The notes: generated by a model not told the origin, from the letters alone. A DNA stretch of 64,000 nucleotides from an uncultured Gemmatimonadaceae bacterium (GCA_963817955.1 CAWFQK010000007.1:113432-177431), one strand, 5' to 3'. Shown: positions 39,603-50,115, counted from the first letter of the stretch. Program-made: numbers and translations.

Positions 39603-41111
39603 ATGCCGGATCGCATTCGCACTCGGTTTCTCGTCGTTGGCAGCGGTGTAGCCGGACTGCACACCGCCTGGCGGGCGTCGCAGTACGGCGACGTGCTGCT
39701 GCTCACGAAACGGTCGCTGTTCGACAGCGCGACGGCCTATGCCCAGGGCGGCATCGCCGCCGCACTCGGCGCAGGCGACTCGCCGGCCCTGCACCGGCAG
39801 GATACGCTCGCAGCGGGCGCTGCGCTCTGCGACGCCGCGGCGGTGCAAGTTCTGGTGGAGGAGGGACCCACGCGAGTGCGGGACCTGCAGACGGCCGGTG
39901 CCCGCTTCGATCTCGATCCGGCGGGCAAGCTCAAGCTCGGACGCGAAGCGGCGCATTCGAAAAATCGCATCGTCCACGCGCATGGCGACCAGACCGGTGC
40001 GGAAGTGGCGCGCACGCTCGTGGCGCGTGTGCGGGAATCGAAGCGCATCACGGTGCTCGAGCGCGCGCGCGTACTCGACCTCATCGTCCGGAACGGAGTG
40101 TGTTACGGCGTACGTGCCAGCATAAAGGGACGCGCAACGGAGATCATTGGCGACGCGACCGTACTCGCTGCCGGCGGCTGTGGTCAGATCTATCGATATA
40201 CCACGAATCCGGTAGTCGCCACCGGCGACGGCTATGCGATCGCGCACCGTGCTGGCGTGACGCTGGCCGACATGGAGTTCGTGCAGTTCCATCCCACCGC
40301 CCTCGACACATCAGAAAATCCCCTCGCCCTCATCTCCGAAGCGGTGCGGGGGGAAGGGGCGGTCCTCGTGAACAGCAAGGGCGTGCGGTTCATGAAAGCC
40401 CGCCACCGGCTCGCGGAGTTGGCGCCGCGCGACGTGGTGGCGCGCGCAATTTTTCGAGAGCAGCGCCACGGGCCCGTCTTCCTGGACGCGCGCAAGCTCG
40501 GCCGGCGCTTCGCCAACCGCTTTCCGGGAATCTTGGCGCTCTGCCTGGCGCGCGGTATTGATCCGCGAAAGGATCTGATTCCTGTTACGCCTGCCGCGCA
40601 CTACATGATGGGTGGCGTCGTCACTGATCTGTATGGCCACGCGAGTGCGAAGCGTTTGTACGCCGTCGGAGAGGTTGCGCGCACCGGTGTGCACGGCGCC
40701 AACCGTCTCGCGTCGAACTCCTTACTCGAGGGGCTCGTGTTTGCTGAACGTGTCGCGCGGGATATGGACGAGAACAAGCGACTTACTCGTCTGCCGGCCG
40801 TCGGCAGGTGGAAAGTGCCGCCGCTGCCGGACCGTGGCGCGGCTCAGGTTGCGGCGGATGCCATTCGTGCCGTGATGTGGGAGAATGCCGGCATCGCGCG
40901 CACCGCTCGGGGCCTGCGCACCGCTCGTACGAAGCTCGAAGAGATCGGCACGCGTCTGCCGGCTGGCGCGACAGAGGAGTTGAACATGCTCCAGACCGCT
41001 CAGCTCGTCGTTGAAGCGGCACTCATGCGCAGGGAATCGCGTGGCGGCCATTACCGGGCGGATTATCCGCGCGCGAAGAAAGTGTGGCGTGGCCGGCATA
41101 TCGAGCTATAG
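39603..41111 (+). CDS. nadB: L-aspartate oxidase
   Basis: GSGVAGL, AQGGIAA, REAAHS, QFHPT, ISEAVRGEG, HGANRLASNSLLE and ESRGGH. Confidence 0.93.
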   Translation: MPDRIRTRFLVVGSGVAGLHTAWRASQYGDVLLLTKRSLFDSATAYAQGGIAAALGAGDSPALHRQDTLAAGAALCDAAAVQVLVEEGPTRVRDLQTAGARFDLDPAGKLKLGREAAHSKNRIVHAHGDQTGAEVARTLVARVRESKRITVLERARVLDLIVRNGVCYGVRASIKGRATEIIGDATVLAAGGCGQIYRYTTNPVVATGDGYAIAHRAGVTLADMEFVQFHPTALDTSENPLALISEAVRGEGAVLVNSKGVRFMKARHRLAELAPRDVVARAIFREQRHGPVFLDARKLGRRFANRFPGILALCLARGIDPRKDLIPVTPAAHYMMGGVVTDLYGHASAKRLYAVGEVARTGVHGANRLASNSLLEGLVFAERVARDMDENKRLTRLPAVGRWKVPPLPDRGAAQVAADAIRAVMWENAGIARTARGLRTARTKLEEIGTRLPAGATEELNMLQTAQLVVEAALMRRESRGGHYRADYPRAKKVWRGRHIEL

Positions 41112-41135
41112 GCGTCCGCCATTACGTTTCCTGGC

Positions 41136-42146
41136 ATGACTTCGCCTCTCGACCAATCTCTCCAAGCCGACATAAAGCGCCTTGCTCGCGAACGGAACGC
41201 CGTCGTGCTGGCGCACAATTATGAGCGACCTGAGGTGCAGGACGTCGCGGACTTCGTCGGTGACTCGCTGGGGCTGTCTCGCGAAGCGGCGAACACAAAC
41301 GCCGACATCATCGTCTTCTGCGGCGTCCACTTCATGGCGGAGACAGCGGCCATTCTGTCGCCGCAGAAGACGGTGCTCTTGCCCGACCTGGCCGCTGGCT
41401 GTTCGCTCGCATCGACGATCGACGCGGATTCCTTGCGCCGATGGAAGGCCGAGCATCCGGGGGCGGTCGTGGTGTCGTACGTCAACACTTCGGCCGAGGT
41501 AAAAGCCGAGAGCGACTACTGCTGCACGTCAGGCAATGCGGTGGAGGTCGTGAACTCGATCGATGCCGAAACGGAGATCTTGTTTCTCCCCGACATGTTC
41601 CTCGGCGCCCACGTGCGCCGGATGTCGGGGCGGCAGAACATGCATGTCTGGATGGGCGAGTGTCATGTGCATGCCGGTATCGATCCCGAGAACATTCGTC
41701 TGCAACGCAGACTGCATCCTGAGGCGGAGTTCCTCATTCACCCGGAGTGCGGGTGCTCGACGAGTGTGCTCGAAGCCATGTCGGCGGGCGAGGTCGATCC
41801 CGATGGTGTCCAGATTCTGTCGACCGAGGGAATGATCAAGCGTCCGGAACTTTCTCGGGCAGAGGAGTTCATCGTCGCCACGGAAGTGGGAATTCTCCAC
41901 CGCCTCCGTCGGGAGAACCCCAGCAAGCGCTTCTATGCGGCCAATGAGCGCGCTTCTTGCGCGTATATGAAGGTTACCACGCTTTCCAAGGTGCGCGCCG
42001 CGCTCATCCACAATCAACACCGTATCACCGTTCCAACGGCAGTGGCCGATCGCGCCCGCCGCGCGATCGAACGCATGGTCGCCATTGGTGGTGGCGCGGC
42101 GCAGCCCTTGTCTCCGACGGCGGATGGCGTGGATCCAGGGGAATAA
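41136..42146 (+). CDS. nadA: Quinolinate synthase
   Basis: LAHNY, GDSL, FCGVHFMAETA and three Fe-S Cys ligands (GCSL, ECHVH, CAYM). Confidence 0.95.
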   Translation: MTSPLDQSLQADIKRLARERNAVVLAHNYERPEVQDVADFVGDSLGLSREAANTNADIIVFCGVHFMAETAAILSPQKTVLLPDLAAGCSLASTIDADSLRRWKAEHPGAVVVSYVNTSAEVKAESDYCCTSGNAVEVVNSIDAETEILFLPDMFLGAHVRRMSGRQNMHVWMGECHVHAGIDPENIRLQRRLHPEAEFLIHPECGCSTSVLEAMSAGEVDPDGVQILSTEGMIKRPELSRAEEFIVATEVGILHRLRRENPSKRFYAANERASCAYMKVTTLSKVRAALIHNQHRITVPTAVADRARRAIERMVAIGGGAAQPLSPTADGVDPGE

Positions 42147-42158
42147 CGGAGGGGTTGC

Positions 42159-43097
42159 ATGGAAACACCCGAGCTGTCGCAAGCGCACAGGTCAATCCCG
42201 CGCACGATCACCCCGTCATCCAGCTCGAGGGCCACGGACGCGTCGGTGCTGCTGCGCTTTCCGTTGAAGGACCACGAGCTCGAGCACTTGGTGCGAATGG
42301 CCCTTCAGGAGGATGGTGCGTTCAATGATCTGACGACGATCGCCACCGTGGTATCCGATCGTCGTTCGCGTGCCACTCTTGTCGCGCGTCAAGCAGGCGT
42401 CATCTGCGGCGTTCCGCTTGGACTCGAGGCGTTCCGTCAGCTCGACGCCAAAGCGTCCATTCGTGTCGAGCATGAAGACGGAACGCACGTCGCGGCTGGC
42501 GAGCCGGTGCTGTTCGTCACGGGCCATGCGCACGGCCTGCTTTCCGCCGAGCGAGTGGCCTTGAATTACATGCAGCGCTTGTCGGGCATCGCCACGATCA
42601 CCGCGCGCTACGTCGAGGCCGTGAAGGGCACCAAGGCGAAGATTCTCGATACGCGCAAGACGACGCCAGGATGGCGCTTACTGGAGAAGTACGCCGTGCG
42701 CGCCGGTGGCGGCATGAATCATCGGATGGATCTCTCCACAGGTGTGTTGATCAAGGACAACCACCTGGCGGCGCTCGATGGCGATGTGGCGAAGGCCGTC
42801 GGTCGCGCGCGCGAACTTGCGCCGAAAGACGTGAAGATCGAGGTGGAGTGTGATCGCATCGAGCAGGTACAAAGTGCGGCGGAGGCGGGTGCCGACATCA
42901 TTCTGCTCGACAATATGCCGCCGGCCAGGATGGCCGATTGCGTGAAGATGGTGAGCGGCCGCGCGATTCTCGAAGCATCGGGTGGCGTGAACCTCGGCAC
43001 GGTGCGCGCGATTGCAGAGACGGGCGTCGACTGGATTTCCATTGGCGCTCTCACGCACTCCGCGCCATCAATGGACCTCGCACTCGACTTTGAGTGA
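42159..43097 (+). CDS. nadC: Nicotinate-nucleotide diphosphorylase (carboxylating)
   Basis: DTRKTTPG, EKYAV, NHR, LIKDNH, EASGG and GALTHSA. Confidence 0.95.
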   Translation: METPELSQAHRSIPRTITPSSSSRATDASVLLRFPLKDHELEHLVRMALQEDGAFNDLTTIATVVSDRRSRATLVARQAGVICGVPLGLEAFRQLDAKASIRVEHEDGTHVAAGEPVLFVTGHAHGLLSAERVALNYMQRLSGIATITARYVEAVKGTKAKILDTRKTTPGWRLLEKYAVRAGGGMNHRMDLSTGVLIKDNHLAALDGDVAKAVGRARELAPKDVKIEVECDRIEQVQSAAEAGADIILLDNMPPARMADCVKMVSGRAILEASGGVNLGTVRAIAETGVDWISIGALTHSAPSMDLALDFE

Positions 43098-44551
43098 CGT
43101 ACCATTTCGACATGGGTGCGGCGGTCCGCCGGGTGTTGCTGGCGGCACAGTTCGAACCCGAGCTCAGTCCGGCGGCCACGCAACAACTCGACCGGATTGC
43201 CGCGCCGGCGCCCATGGACTCGGCCACCAGAGACCTGCGGACACTGCCGTGGTCGTCGATCGACAACGACGAATCGCGCGACCTCGATCAAGTCGAGGTC
43301 GCTGAACGGACGTCCGACGGGTCCATTCGGCTCATCGTCGGCATTGCCGATGTGGACGCGCTCATTTCCAAGGGGTCGCCGCTCGATGACCATGCGCACG
43401 CCAACTGCACGTCCGTCTACACGGGCGTGGCTGTCTTTCCCATGTTGCCGGAGAAGCTCTCGACCGGCCTGACCTCCCTCAACGAACATGAGGATCGGGT
43501 AGCGATCGCTATCGAGACCGTGGTGAATGCGGACGGTGATGTGGTGTCATACGACGTGTACCGCGCCGTGGTGAGGAACCAGGCGCAGCTGGCCTACGAT
43601 GAAGTTGGCGCCTGGATGGATGGCGGCGCGCCCCCGAAGAAAGTCGCCGGCAACGCGATGCTGCTCGGCCAGCTCACGTTGCAATACGAGGCGTCGAAGC
43701 GGCTCAAGGCGGAACGGCTGCGCAACGGCGCGCTGGAACTCGGCACGATCGAAGCGACACCCGTCGTGCAGAACGGCCATATCGTGAACCTCAAGGTCGT
43801 GCAGAAGAACCACGCGCGCGATCTCATTGAGGATTTCATGATCGCCAGCAACGTGGCGATCGCCAAATATCTCGAAGCGCAAGGGCGCTCCGGCATCCGA
43901 CGGGTCGTGCGTGAGCCGGAGCGCTGGGGCCGCATCGTCGAGCTGGCATCGCGCTTCGGGTTCCCACTTCCCGCCGAGCCGGACTCGCTCGCGTTGGCAC
44001 AGTTCCTCGTGGCGCGTCGATCCGCCGATCCCGACCGTTTTCCCGATCTGTCGCTGTCGATCGTGAAGTTGATGGGGCCGGGCATCTACGCGCTCGACCT
44101 GCCTGGCAAGGATCCAGGCGGCCATTTCGGTCTGGCGACGCACGACTACTCGCACGCCACGGCACCCAATCGCCGCTATGCCGACCTCGTCACGCAGCGT
44201 CTAGTCAAGTCCGCGCTCGCCAAGACGACCGCGCCGTATACCAACGAGGCACTGACCGAGATCGCGGCGCGATGCACCCAGCGCGAAGATGCCGAGAACA
44301 AGCTCGAGCGCACCGTCCGCAAGATTGCTGCGGCGCTCATCCTCAGCGATCGCATTGGCGAGACGTTCGACGCCATCGTCACCGGAGCCAATGAGAAAGG
44401 CACGTTCGTACGCACCTTTCACCCGCCTGCCGAAGGCATGGTCGTACGCAACCACCAGGGATTTGACGTCGGCGACAAGGTACGCGTGAAGCTCGTGGCA
44501 GCCGACCCCGGCAAGGGTTTCATCGACTTCGAGGGCCAGGGCCAGCGATAG
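43094..44551 (+). CDS. RNB-domain (RNase II/R family) exoribonuclease
   Basis: SIDNDESRDLDQ, IADV, LIEDFMIASN, HFGL..YSHATAPNRRYADL and a C-terminal S1-like domain. Confidence 0.88.
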   Translation: MTYHFDMGAAVRRVLLAAQFEPELSPAATQQLDRIAAPAPMDSATRDLRTLPWSSIDNDESRDLDQVEVAERTSDGSIRLIVGIADVDALISKGSPLDDHAHANCTSVYTGVAVFPMLPEKLSTGLTSLNEHEDRVAIAIETVVNADGDVVSYDVYRAVVRNQAQLAYDEVGAWMDGGAPPKKVAGNAMLLGQLTLQYEASKRLKAERLRNGALELGTIEATPVVQNGHIVNLKVVQKNHARDLIEDFMIASNVAIAKYLEAQGRSGIRRVVREPERWGRIVELASRFGFPLPAEPDSLALAQFLVARRSADPDRFPDLSLSIVKLMGPGIYALDLPGKDPGGHFGLATHDYSHATAPNRRYADLVTQRLVKSALAKTTAPYTNEALTEIAARCTQREDAENKLERTVRKIAAALILSDRIGETFDAIVTGANEKGTFVRTFHPPAEGMVVRNHQGFDVGDKVRVKLVAADPGKGFIDFEGQGQR

Positions 44552-44552
44552 C

Positions 44553-46145
44553 TCAGGCTCGGGGCTCGCGCCACTCCACGTCGTCCTTTTCGATCAGCTC
44601 GTCGGCTTCCCGGGGACCCCAGCTGCCGGCGGCGTAGGTCGGCATACGTTTGGGCATGTGTGATTCCCAATATTGAATGAGCGGATCGATGACACGCCAC
44701 GCCGCTTCCACCTCGTCGCTGCGGGTGAACAGCGTCGCTTCGCCGATCATCACATCGAGCAAGAGTGTCTCGTACGCCGGCGCCGCCACCTCGCCGAATG
44801 CCTCGGCGTAGTTGAACTCCATGCCCACCGGCGCGATCTCCACCTTCGACGTCAGCGCCACCGCAGCGCCGGGTACCTTCACCTCGAAGTTCAGCGACAC
44901 GCCCTCGTTTGGCTGCACGCGCATGACGAGCGTGTTGGGTCGCATCGACTCGCTCGTCTGCTGCCCAAACATGAGATGCGGCGGGGTTCGGAACTGTACC
45001 GCGATCTCGGAGACCCGTCTGGCGAGCCGCTTGCCAGAGCGCAGGTAGAACGGAACACCATTCCATCGCCAGTTGTCGACGAACAATCGCACCGCGGCGA
45101 AGGTCGGCACGCTCGAGTCGGGCGAGACGTTCGGTTCTTCGACATATCCTGGCACTGCCTTGCCACCGATCGTACCTGCGGTGTATTGCGCGCGCACGGC
45201 GTTGTGCGGAATCGTCTCCGAGGACATCCATCGAATGGATTTGAGCACCTTCACTTTCTCGTCGCGCACCGCGTTCGCCGTCATCAGCGGCGGTGGCTCC
45301 ATGGCCGTGAGACTGAGCAACTGCAGGAGATGGTTCTGGAACATGTCGCGTACGACGCCCGCTTCTTCGTAGTACTTCCCCCGCCCTTCGACGCCGACAT
45401 TCTCCGCCGCCGTGATCTGGACGTGATGAATCCATTGGCGGTTCCAGATCGGCTCGAAGATCGAGTTGGCGAACCGAAGCACGAGCACGTTCTGGACGGT
45501 CTCCTTGCCCAAATAGTGATCGATGCGATACGTCTGATGCTCGGCGAACAACCCGAGTACGAGGTCGTTCAGCTCCTGCGCGCTCTCGAGGCTCCGTCCA
45601 AACGGCTTCTCGATCACGATTCGCGCCCATGGCCGTTCATCTGCCGTGCGCGTGCGCGGCGCCAACCCGCTGTTCGAGAGATTGCGCACGATCGGCGCGA
45701 AGACGCTTGGGGGCAGTGCCAGGTAGAAGAGCCGATTGCGGGCGTCTGGTTCCCGGCTCTTTTCAATTTGCTCCAGTCGCTGCCCGATCAGGTGGTACTC
45801 GTCCGGGTTGCTCAGGTCCGCCGAGACATACGCGAGGCGTTTGCAGAGGTCCTGCCAGAGTGCCTCGTCCACCCCGTGGATCTCGTCTGAATCCGCGAGC
45901 GCTTTTTGCATCATCTCGCGGAAGGTGTCGTCAGTCTCCTTTTCGCGGCCAACGCCCAACACGGCGAACTGCTCGTTCACGAGATGCTGTTTCATCAGCT
46001 CGTAGACGGCCGGCAGCAGCTTGCGGCGACTCAGATCACCGAACGCTCCAAAGATGATCATCGTGCACGCATCGGCACGGTTGTGTACCGCCGCATGGAT
46101 CGGCGTCGTCGGGCGCGGCGAAACCGTCGGGCCAGGGCCCGTCAT
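44553..46145 (-). CDS. zwf: Glucose-6-phosphate 1-dehydrogenase
   Basis: GAFGDLSRRK, EKPFG, RIDHYLGKE, DMFQNH and GVPFYLRSGK. Confidence 0.95.
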   Translation of the reverse strand: MTGPGPTVSPRPTTPIHAAVHNRADACTMIIFGAFGDLSRRKLLPAVYELMKQHLVNEQFAVLGVGREKETDDTFREMMQKALADSDEIHGVDEALWQDLCKRLAYVSADLSNPDEYHLIGQRLEQIEKSREPDARNRLFYLALPPSVFAPIVRNLSNSGLAPRTRTADERPWARIVIEKPFGRSLESAQELNDLVLGLFAEHQTYRIDHYLGKETVQNVLVLRFANSIFEPIWNRQWIHHVQITAAENVGVEGRGKYYEEAGVVRDMFQNHLLQLLSLTAMEPPPLMTANAVRDEKVKVLKSIRWMSSETIPHNAVRAQYTAGTIGGKAVPGYVEEPNVSPDSSVPTFAAVRLFVDNWRWNGVPFYLRSGKRLARRVSEIAVQFRTPPHLMFGQQTSESMRPNTLVMRVQPNEGVSLNFEVKVPGAAVALTSKVEIAPVGMEFNYAEAFGEVAAPAYETLLLDVMIGEATLFTRSDEVEAAWRVIDPLIQYWESHMPKRMPTYAAGSWGPREADELIEKDDVEWREPRA

Positions 46146-47044
46146 GATTTCTTCACGGCGTGGCCGCCAAATTCGTTTCGCAGAGCGGCAATGACCTTCG
46201 CGCCGAACGAATCGGTCTGTCGCGAGCGAAACCGTGTCTGCAGCGACAGCGTGATCACCGGCGCGGGCACGTCGAGGTCGATTGCCTCCTGCACGGTCCA
46301 TCGTCCCTCGCCGGAATCCGCCACCCAGCCCTTGATGTCGTCGAGGGCTGGATCGTGCGCGAAGGCTGCGGCGGCGAGCTCGTTGAGCCACGAACGCACG
46401 ACGCTGCCATGCTGCCAGACGTTCGCGATCTGCGTCATGTCGAGTTTCGGGAAGATCTTCGACGCGTGCAGGATCTCGTAGCCCTCGGCGTAGGCTTGTA
46501 GCATGCCGTATTCGATGCCGTTGTGAACCATCTTCACGTAGTGTCCCGCGCCGGTCGGCCCGACGTGCGCGTATCCCTCATCGGGAGCGAGGGCGGTGAA
46601 GATCGGCTCGCACTGTTTCACCGCCGCGTCGCTGCCGCCCACCATCAGGCAGTAGCCGATTTCCAACCCCCAGATGCCCCCGCTCGTGCCCGCGTCGACA
46701 AACTCGATTCGCTGCTCCGCGAGCTGTTTGCCTCGACGCACCGTGTCATGAAAATTCGAATTCCCGCCGTCGATGATGATGTCGCCTGGCGAGAGGATGG
46801 GCGCGAGGGTTGCGATGGTCTGATCGACCGGGTCACCAGCCGGCACCATGATCCAGACGACGCGCGGCGCACGAAGCGCCGCCACGAGCATCGCCAGGTT
46901 CTCCGCGCTGGTGGCGCCGAGCTGCTCGTACTTCACCATGGCGTCGGCGCTGCGGTCGTATACGACGAGCTGATGCCCGTGCCGCATGAGCCGCTCCACC
47001 ATGTTGCCGCCCATGCGGCCGAGCCCGATCATCGCCAGTTGCAT
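46142..47044 (-). CDS. gnd: 6-phosphogluconate dehydrogenase (short YqeC type)
   Basis: GLGRMG, DGGNS, SGG, KMVHNGIEYG, DSGEGRW and RNEFGGH. Confidence 0.93.
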   Translation of the reverse strand: MQLAMIGLGRMGGNMVERLMRHGHQLVVYDRSADAMVKYEQLGATSAENLAMLVAALRAPRVVWIMVPAGDPVDQTIATLAPILSPGDIIIDGGNSNFHDTVRRGKQLAEQRIEFVDAGTSGGIWGLEIGYCLMVGGSDAAVKQCEPIFTALAPDEGYAHVGPTGAGHYVKMVHNGIEYGMLQAYAEGYEILHASKIFPKLDMTQIANVWQHGSVVRSWLNELAAAAFAHDPALDDIKGWVADSGEGRWTVQEAIDLDVPAPVITLSLQTRFRSRQTDSFGAKVIAALRNEFGGHAVKKS

Positions 47045-47119
47045 CGTCTACCTCGGGTGTGTACAGGCCGTGTCCGTGCCCAGTCAGGCACGTCCGTGCG
47101 GCCGACGCCGTTTGTCCAA

Positions 47120-47734
47120 TCAGCCGCTGACCAACCCCCGCACGTGCAAGTCGCGCCTCAACTGATCCGCCGATGTGAACTGGATGACGCCGACGCCGAG
47201 CGCAGCCGCCGGCGCGAGATTCTGAAGGCGATCGTCCACGAACAGGGTCCGTTCCGGATTCGCCTGCGTCATGCCGAGCACCCGTGAATAGATCGCGTGC
47301 GTCGGCTTGCGCACGCCGATCCAGCACGACGTGAAGAACGTCGGAAATATCTCTCGCAGACCGAAGCGATCTATGCGATGCTCGTTCAGCTCCGCGCTCT
47401 CATTGTTGAGCGTGGCGAGTCGTATGCCGCTGCGTGCCAGCTCTCGCGCCACGGCGATGCAGTCGGGCCACGGCTCGCTCTGCGCGAACATGAATGCCTT
47501 GAACTCGCTTCGGGAGAAGCTGCGTTCGGAGCAGAACACGGCAACGTCGAGATATTCGTCGAGCGAGATCTGGCCCGCCTCCAGTGCGCCGACGATCTCT
47601 TCGTGACGGCCTTGAAAGTCCTCGGCATCCAGATGGAAGTGCTCGATCGCTGCACTGCGTTGCTCGCGATCCCAGCCGTTCGTGCCGAGCACGCCGCCGA
47701 TATCGAACAGGACCAGCTCGGTCGCTCCGCTCAT
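47120..47734 (-). CDS. HAD family phosphatase
   Basis: FDIGGVL, RKP and FVDD motifs. Confidence 0.88.
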   Translation of the reverse strand: MSGATELVLFDIGGVLGTNGWDREQRSAAIEHFHLDAEDFQGRHEEIVGALEAGQISLDEYLDVAVFCSERSFSRSEFKAFMFAQSEPWPDCIAVARELARSGIRLATLNNESAELNEHRIDRFGLREIFPTFFTSCWIGVRKPTHAIYSRVLGMTQANPERTLFVDDRLQNLAPAAALGVGVIQFTSADQLRRDLHVRGLVSG

Positions 47735-48360
47735 CCGATGAGCACCGCCCTGGCCGGTGCACCGTCGAGCCCAGCAAAGCGCAATGGCAGCACGCGCAAA
47801 TCGTACGGTCCCATGGGCGGCTGCGACAGGTCCAGCCCTTCCACGATCACGACGCCTTTCTCGAGCAATGTGCGGTGTGTTCGATGATGGCCGGAGTGGA
47901 ACTGTTCGATCGACAGATAATCCACGCCCACGAGCCGAATGCCGAGAGAGACCAGGTACTCGGCGCCGTCCGGCGCGAGGTAGGTGTAATCTGGCCGGAA
48001 CGTGGGTTCGCGAATGAACGCCGAGTTACGCGTCTTGATGAGCACGCGTGAGTGCGCCTCGAGCTCGTGGAGTCGGAGGTGCGCCTCTCCCACCGCCATG
48101 ACGTCATCGGGCATGTGCACGACGACCGCCCGGCCCATCAGCACGTCGAGCGGCAGCATGTCGACACCCGCTCCGTCATCGAAAAAGTGCTTCGGCGCGT
48201 CGACGTGCGTGCCGGTGTGCGAACCGAACGACAGCGCCGAGACGTTGGCGCTCGCGCCCTGCGAGATCGCCTGTTGCGCCGTGATCCGTATGGGAGGATT
48301 GCCGGGATACACGGCGCTGTGCGTGTCCAGCGGGAGGGAAATGTCGTAGATGGTTGGCAT
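47731..48360 (-). CDS. Cyclase family (KynB-like) metal-dependent hydrolase
   Basis: HTGTHVDAPKH, GVDYLS, VEGL and DGAPARA. Confidence 0.88.
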   Translation of the reverse strand: MPTIYDISLPLDTHSAVYPGNPPIRITAQQAISQGASANVSALSFGSHTGTHVDAPKHFFDDGAGVDMLPLDVLMGRAVVVHMPDDVMAVGEAHLRLHELEAHSRVLIKTRNSAFIREPTFRPDYTYLAPDGAEYLVSLGIRLVGVDYLSIEQFHSGHHRTHRTLLEKGVVIVEGLDLSQPPMGPYDLRVLPLRFAGLDGAPARAVLIG

Positions 48361-48577
48361 GGCGAGTCAGTCCGAGTTCTCGACGAAGGAATCCGTCACT
48401 CCGTAAGCTGTAGCCTCACGGACGGAATGCGCCACGCTGGAGCATCCGAATATTCGTGAAATGATGACGTAGACGCGCAGCAAGACTCTGGCCGGCGCTC
48501 ATGCTGACACTCGAGGCGGACCCATCACGTAAGTACGAGGAGCAGACGAAGGTCATTCCGCCACTTTGCCGGTCGCC

Positions 48578-49270
48578 ATGCCCCGAATTCTCATTGTTGA
48601 AGACAACCCGGATCTCGCGTACCACCTGCGTAGCGGGTTCGAAGTCGAGGGTTACGATGTCCAGGTCGCCGGAGACGGAGAGACCGGGCTCGAGCGTACG
48701 CATAGTTGGAAGCCCGATCTCATGACGCTCGATCTGAACCTGCCTGGCATGGACGGCTACCGGGTGCTGCAAGCGGTGCGTGAAGCCGGCTCTGACGTTC
48801 CTGTGCTCATTTTCACGGCGCGCAGCGAGGAATCGGATAAGGTTCTCGGGTTCCGGCTCGGCGCAGACGACTACGTCACCAAACCGTGCGGCGTGCTCGA
48901 GCTCCTGGCGCGAATCGGCGCGCTGCTGAGACGGTCCCGGCTGTCTGACCGACGCGGCCGGGTGGAACATGAGATGGAGCGGTTCGGGGCTGTGGAGATC
49001 AATCCAGCGTCACGCACCGTTACAAACGAAGGCATCCTTGTTGCCCTGAGCCCGAAAGAGTTCGATCTGTTGTTGTCGCTCGTCCGCCGACGCGGTGCAG
49101 TTGCGTCGCGTGTCGAGCTACTTCGCGAAGTGTGGGGGCATACCGTCGAAGTCATGACGCGCACGGTGGACATTCATATAGCCGAGTTGCGCCGAAAACT
49201 GGAAGCTGACCCGTCACAGCCGCGGCATATTCTCACCGTGTGGAAAGCCGGATACCGACTCGAACCGTGA
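48578..49270 (+). CDS. OmpR family response regulator
   Basis: ILIVED, LDLNLP, GADDYVTKP and winged helix TRTVDIHIAELRRKLE. Confidence 0.92.
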   Translation: MPRILIVEDNPDLAYHLRSGFEVEGYDVQVAGDGETGLERTHSWKPDLMTLDLNLPGMDGYRVLQAVREAGSDVPVLIFTARSEESDKVLGFRLGADDYVTKPCGVLELLARIGALLRRSRLSDRRGRVEHEMERFGAVEINPASRTVTNEGILVALSPKEFDLLLSLVRRRGAVASRVELLREVWGHTVEVMTRTVDIHIAELRRKLEADPSQPRHILTVWKAGYRLEP

Positions 49271-49272
49271 TT

Positions 49273-50115
49273 ATGAACGTCCTTCGCCGCCGCACCTCGG
49301 CAGCCCCGCGACTTTTCGTCGTGGGGTTGCTGCTATTCGTCGCCGCCTGTCACCGGCAGCAACCTCCGAGCCCCCCCGTTCCGGTGCCGCAGCGACAGCC
49401 TACACCCGTGCCGGTGGCCGTGACGAACGGACCGACGCTGGTCCAAGCGATGCACGACCGCTACGCGTCCGTGTGGTACCGCAGCTTCACCTTCACCCAG
49501 AAGACGACGGTAAGCCTCAGCAGCGGCGGCCAGGTGGTGCAGACCTGGTACGACGCAGGCACATTGCCCGGTAATTTGCGCATCGATACCGATCGCACGT
49601 CGAAGGACGGCGTGTTGTACGCGCGCGATAGCATCTTCAGCTTCAACAACGGCAAGCTGGTGCATGCGGACACGGGGGTGAACGAGCTGCTCGTGCTCGG
49701 ATTCGATGTGTACGTGCAGCCGGCGGCACGCACCGAGGCGGTGTTGCGCCGTCTCGGCTTTGATCTCCGGCGTTTCCATGAAACCACCTGGCACGGCGCG
49801 CCGGTATACGTTGTTGGTGCAATCCGCGGCGACACGGACTCCAAGCAGTTCTGGGTGGACGGGAACACGCTGCTGTTGGTACGCCTGTTGGAGCACAACC
49901 GGCAGGGGCTCAGCGACTTTCGGATCGCCGGGTATCAGCCGTTCGGCGGTGGATGGATGGCGACTGAGGTGGAGCAGCTCGAGAATGGCAAGCGTCGCAT
50001 TCTCGAGCAATACCGCGACATTCGCACGAACGTAGATCTGTCGGAGTCCCTCTTCGACCCAAAGCGCTGGTCTACCACGCCGCACTGGGCATCGAAATCG
50101 CCGCCGCTCGAGTAG
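49273..50115 (+). CDS. Hypothetical lipoprotein (possible LolA-like fold)
   Basis: Lipobox VAAC, Pro-rich linker and a beta-rich domain. Confidence 0.7.
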   Translation: MNVLRRRTSAAPRLFVVGLLLFVAACHRQQPPSPPVPVPQRQPTPVPVAVTNGPTLVQAMHDRYASVWYRSFTFTQKTTVSLSSGGQVVQTWYDAGTLPGNLRIDTDRTSKDGVLYARDSIFSFNNGKLVHADTGVNELLVLGFDVYVQPAARTEAVLRRLGFDLRRFHETTWHGAPVYVVGAIRGDTDSKQFWVDGNTLLLVRLLEHNRQGLSDFRIAGYQPFGGGWMATEVEQLENGKRRILEQYRDIRTNVDLSESLFDPKRWSTTPHWASKSPPLE

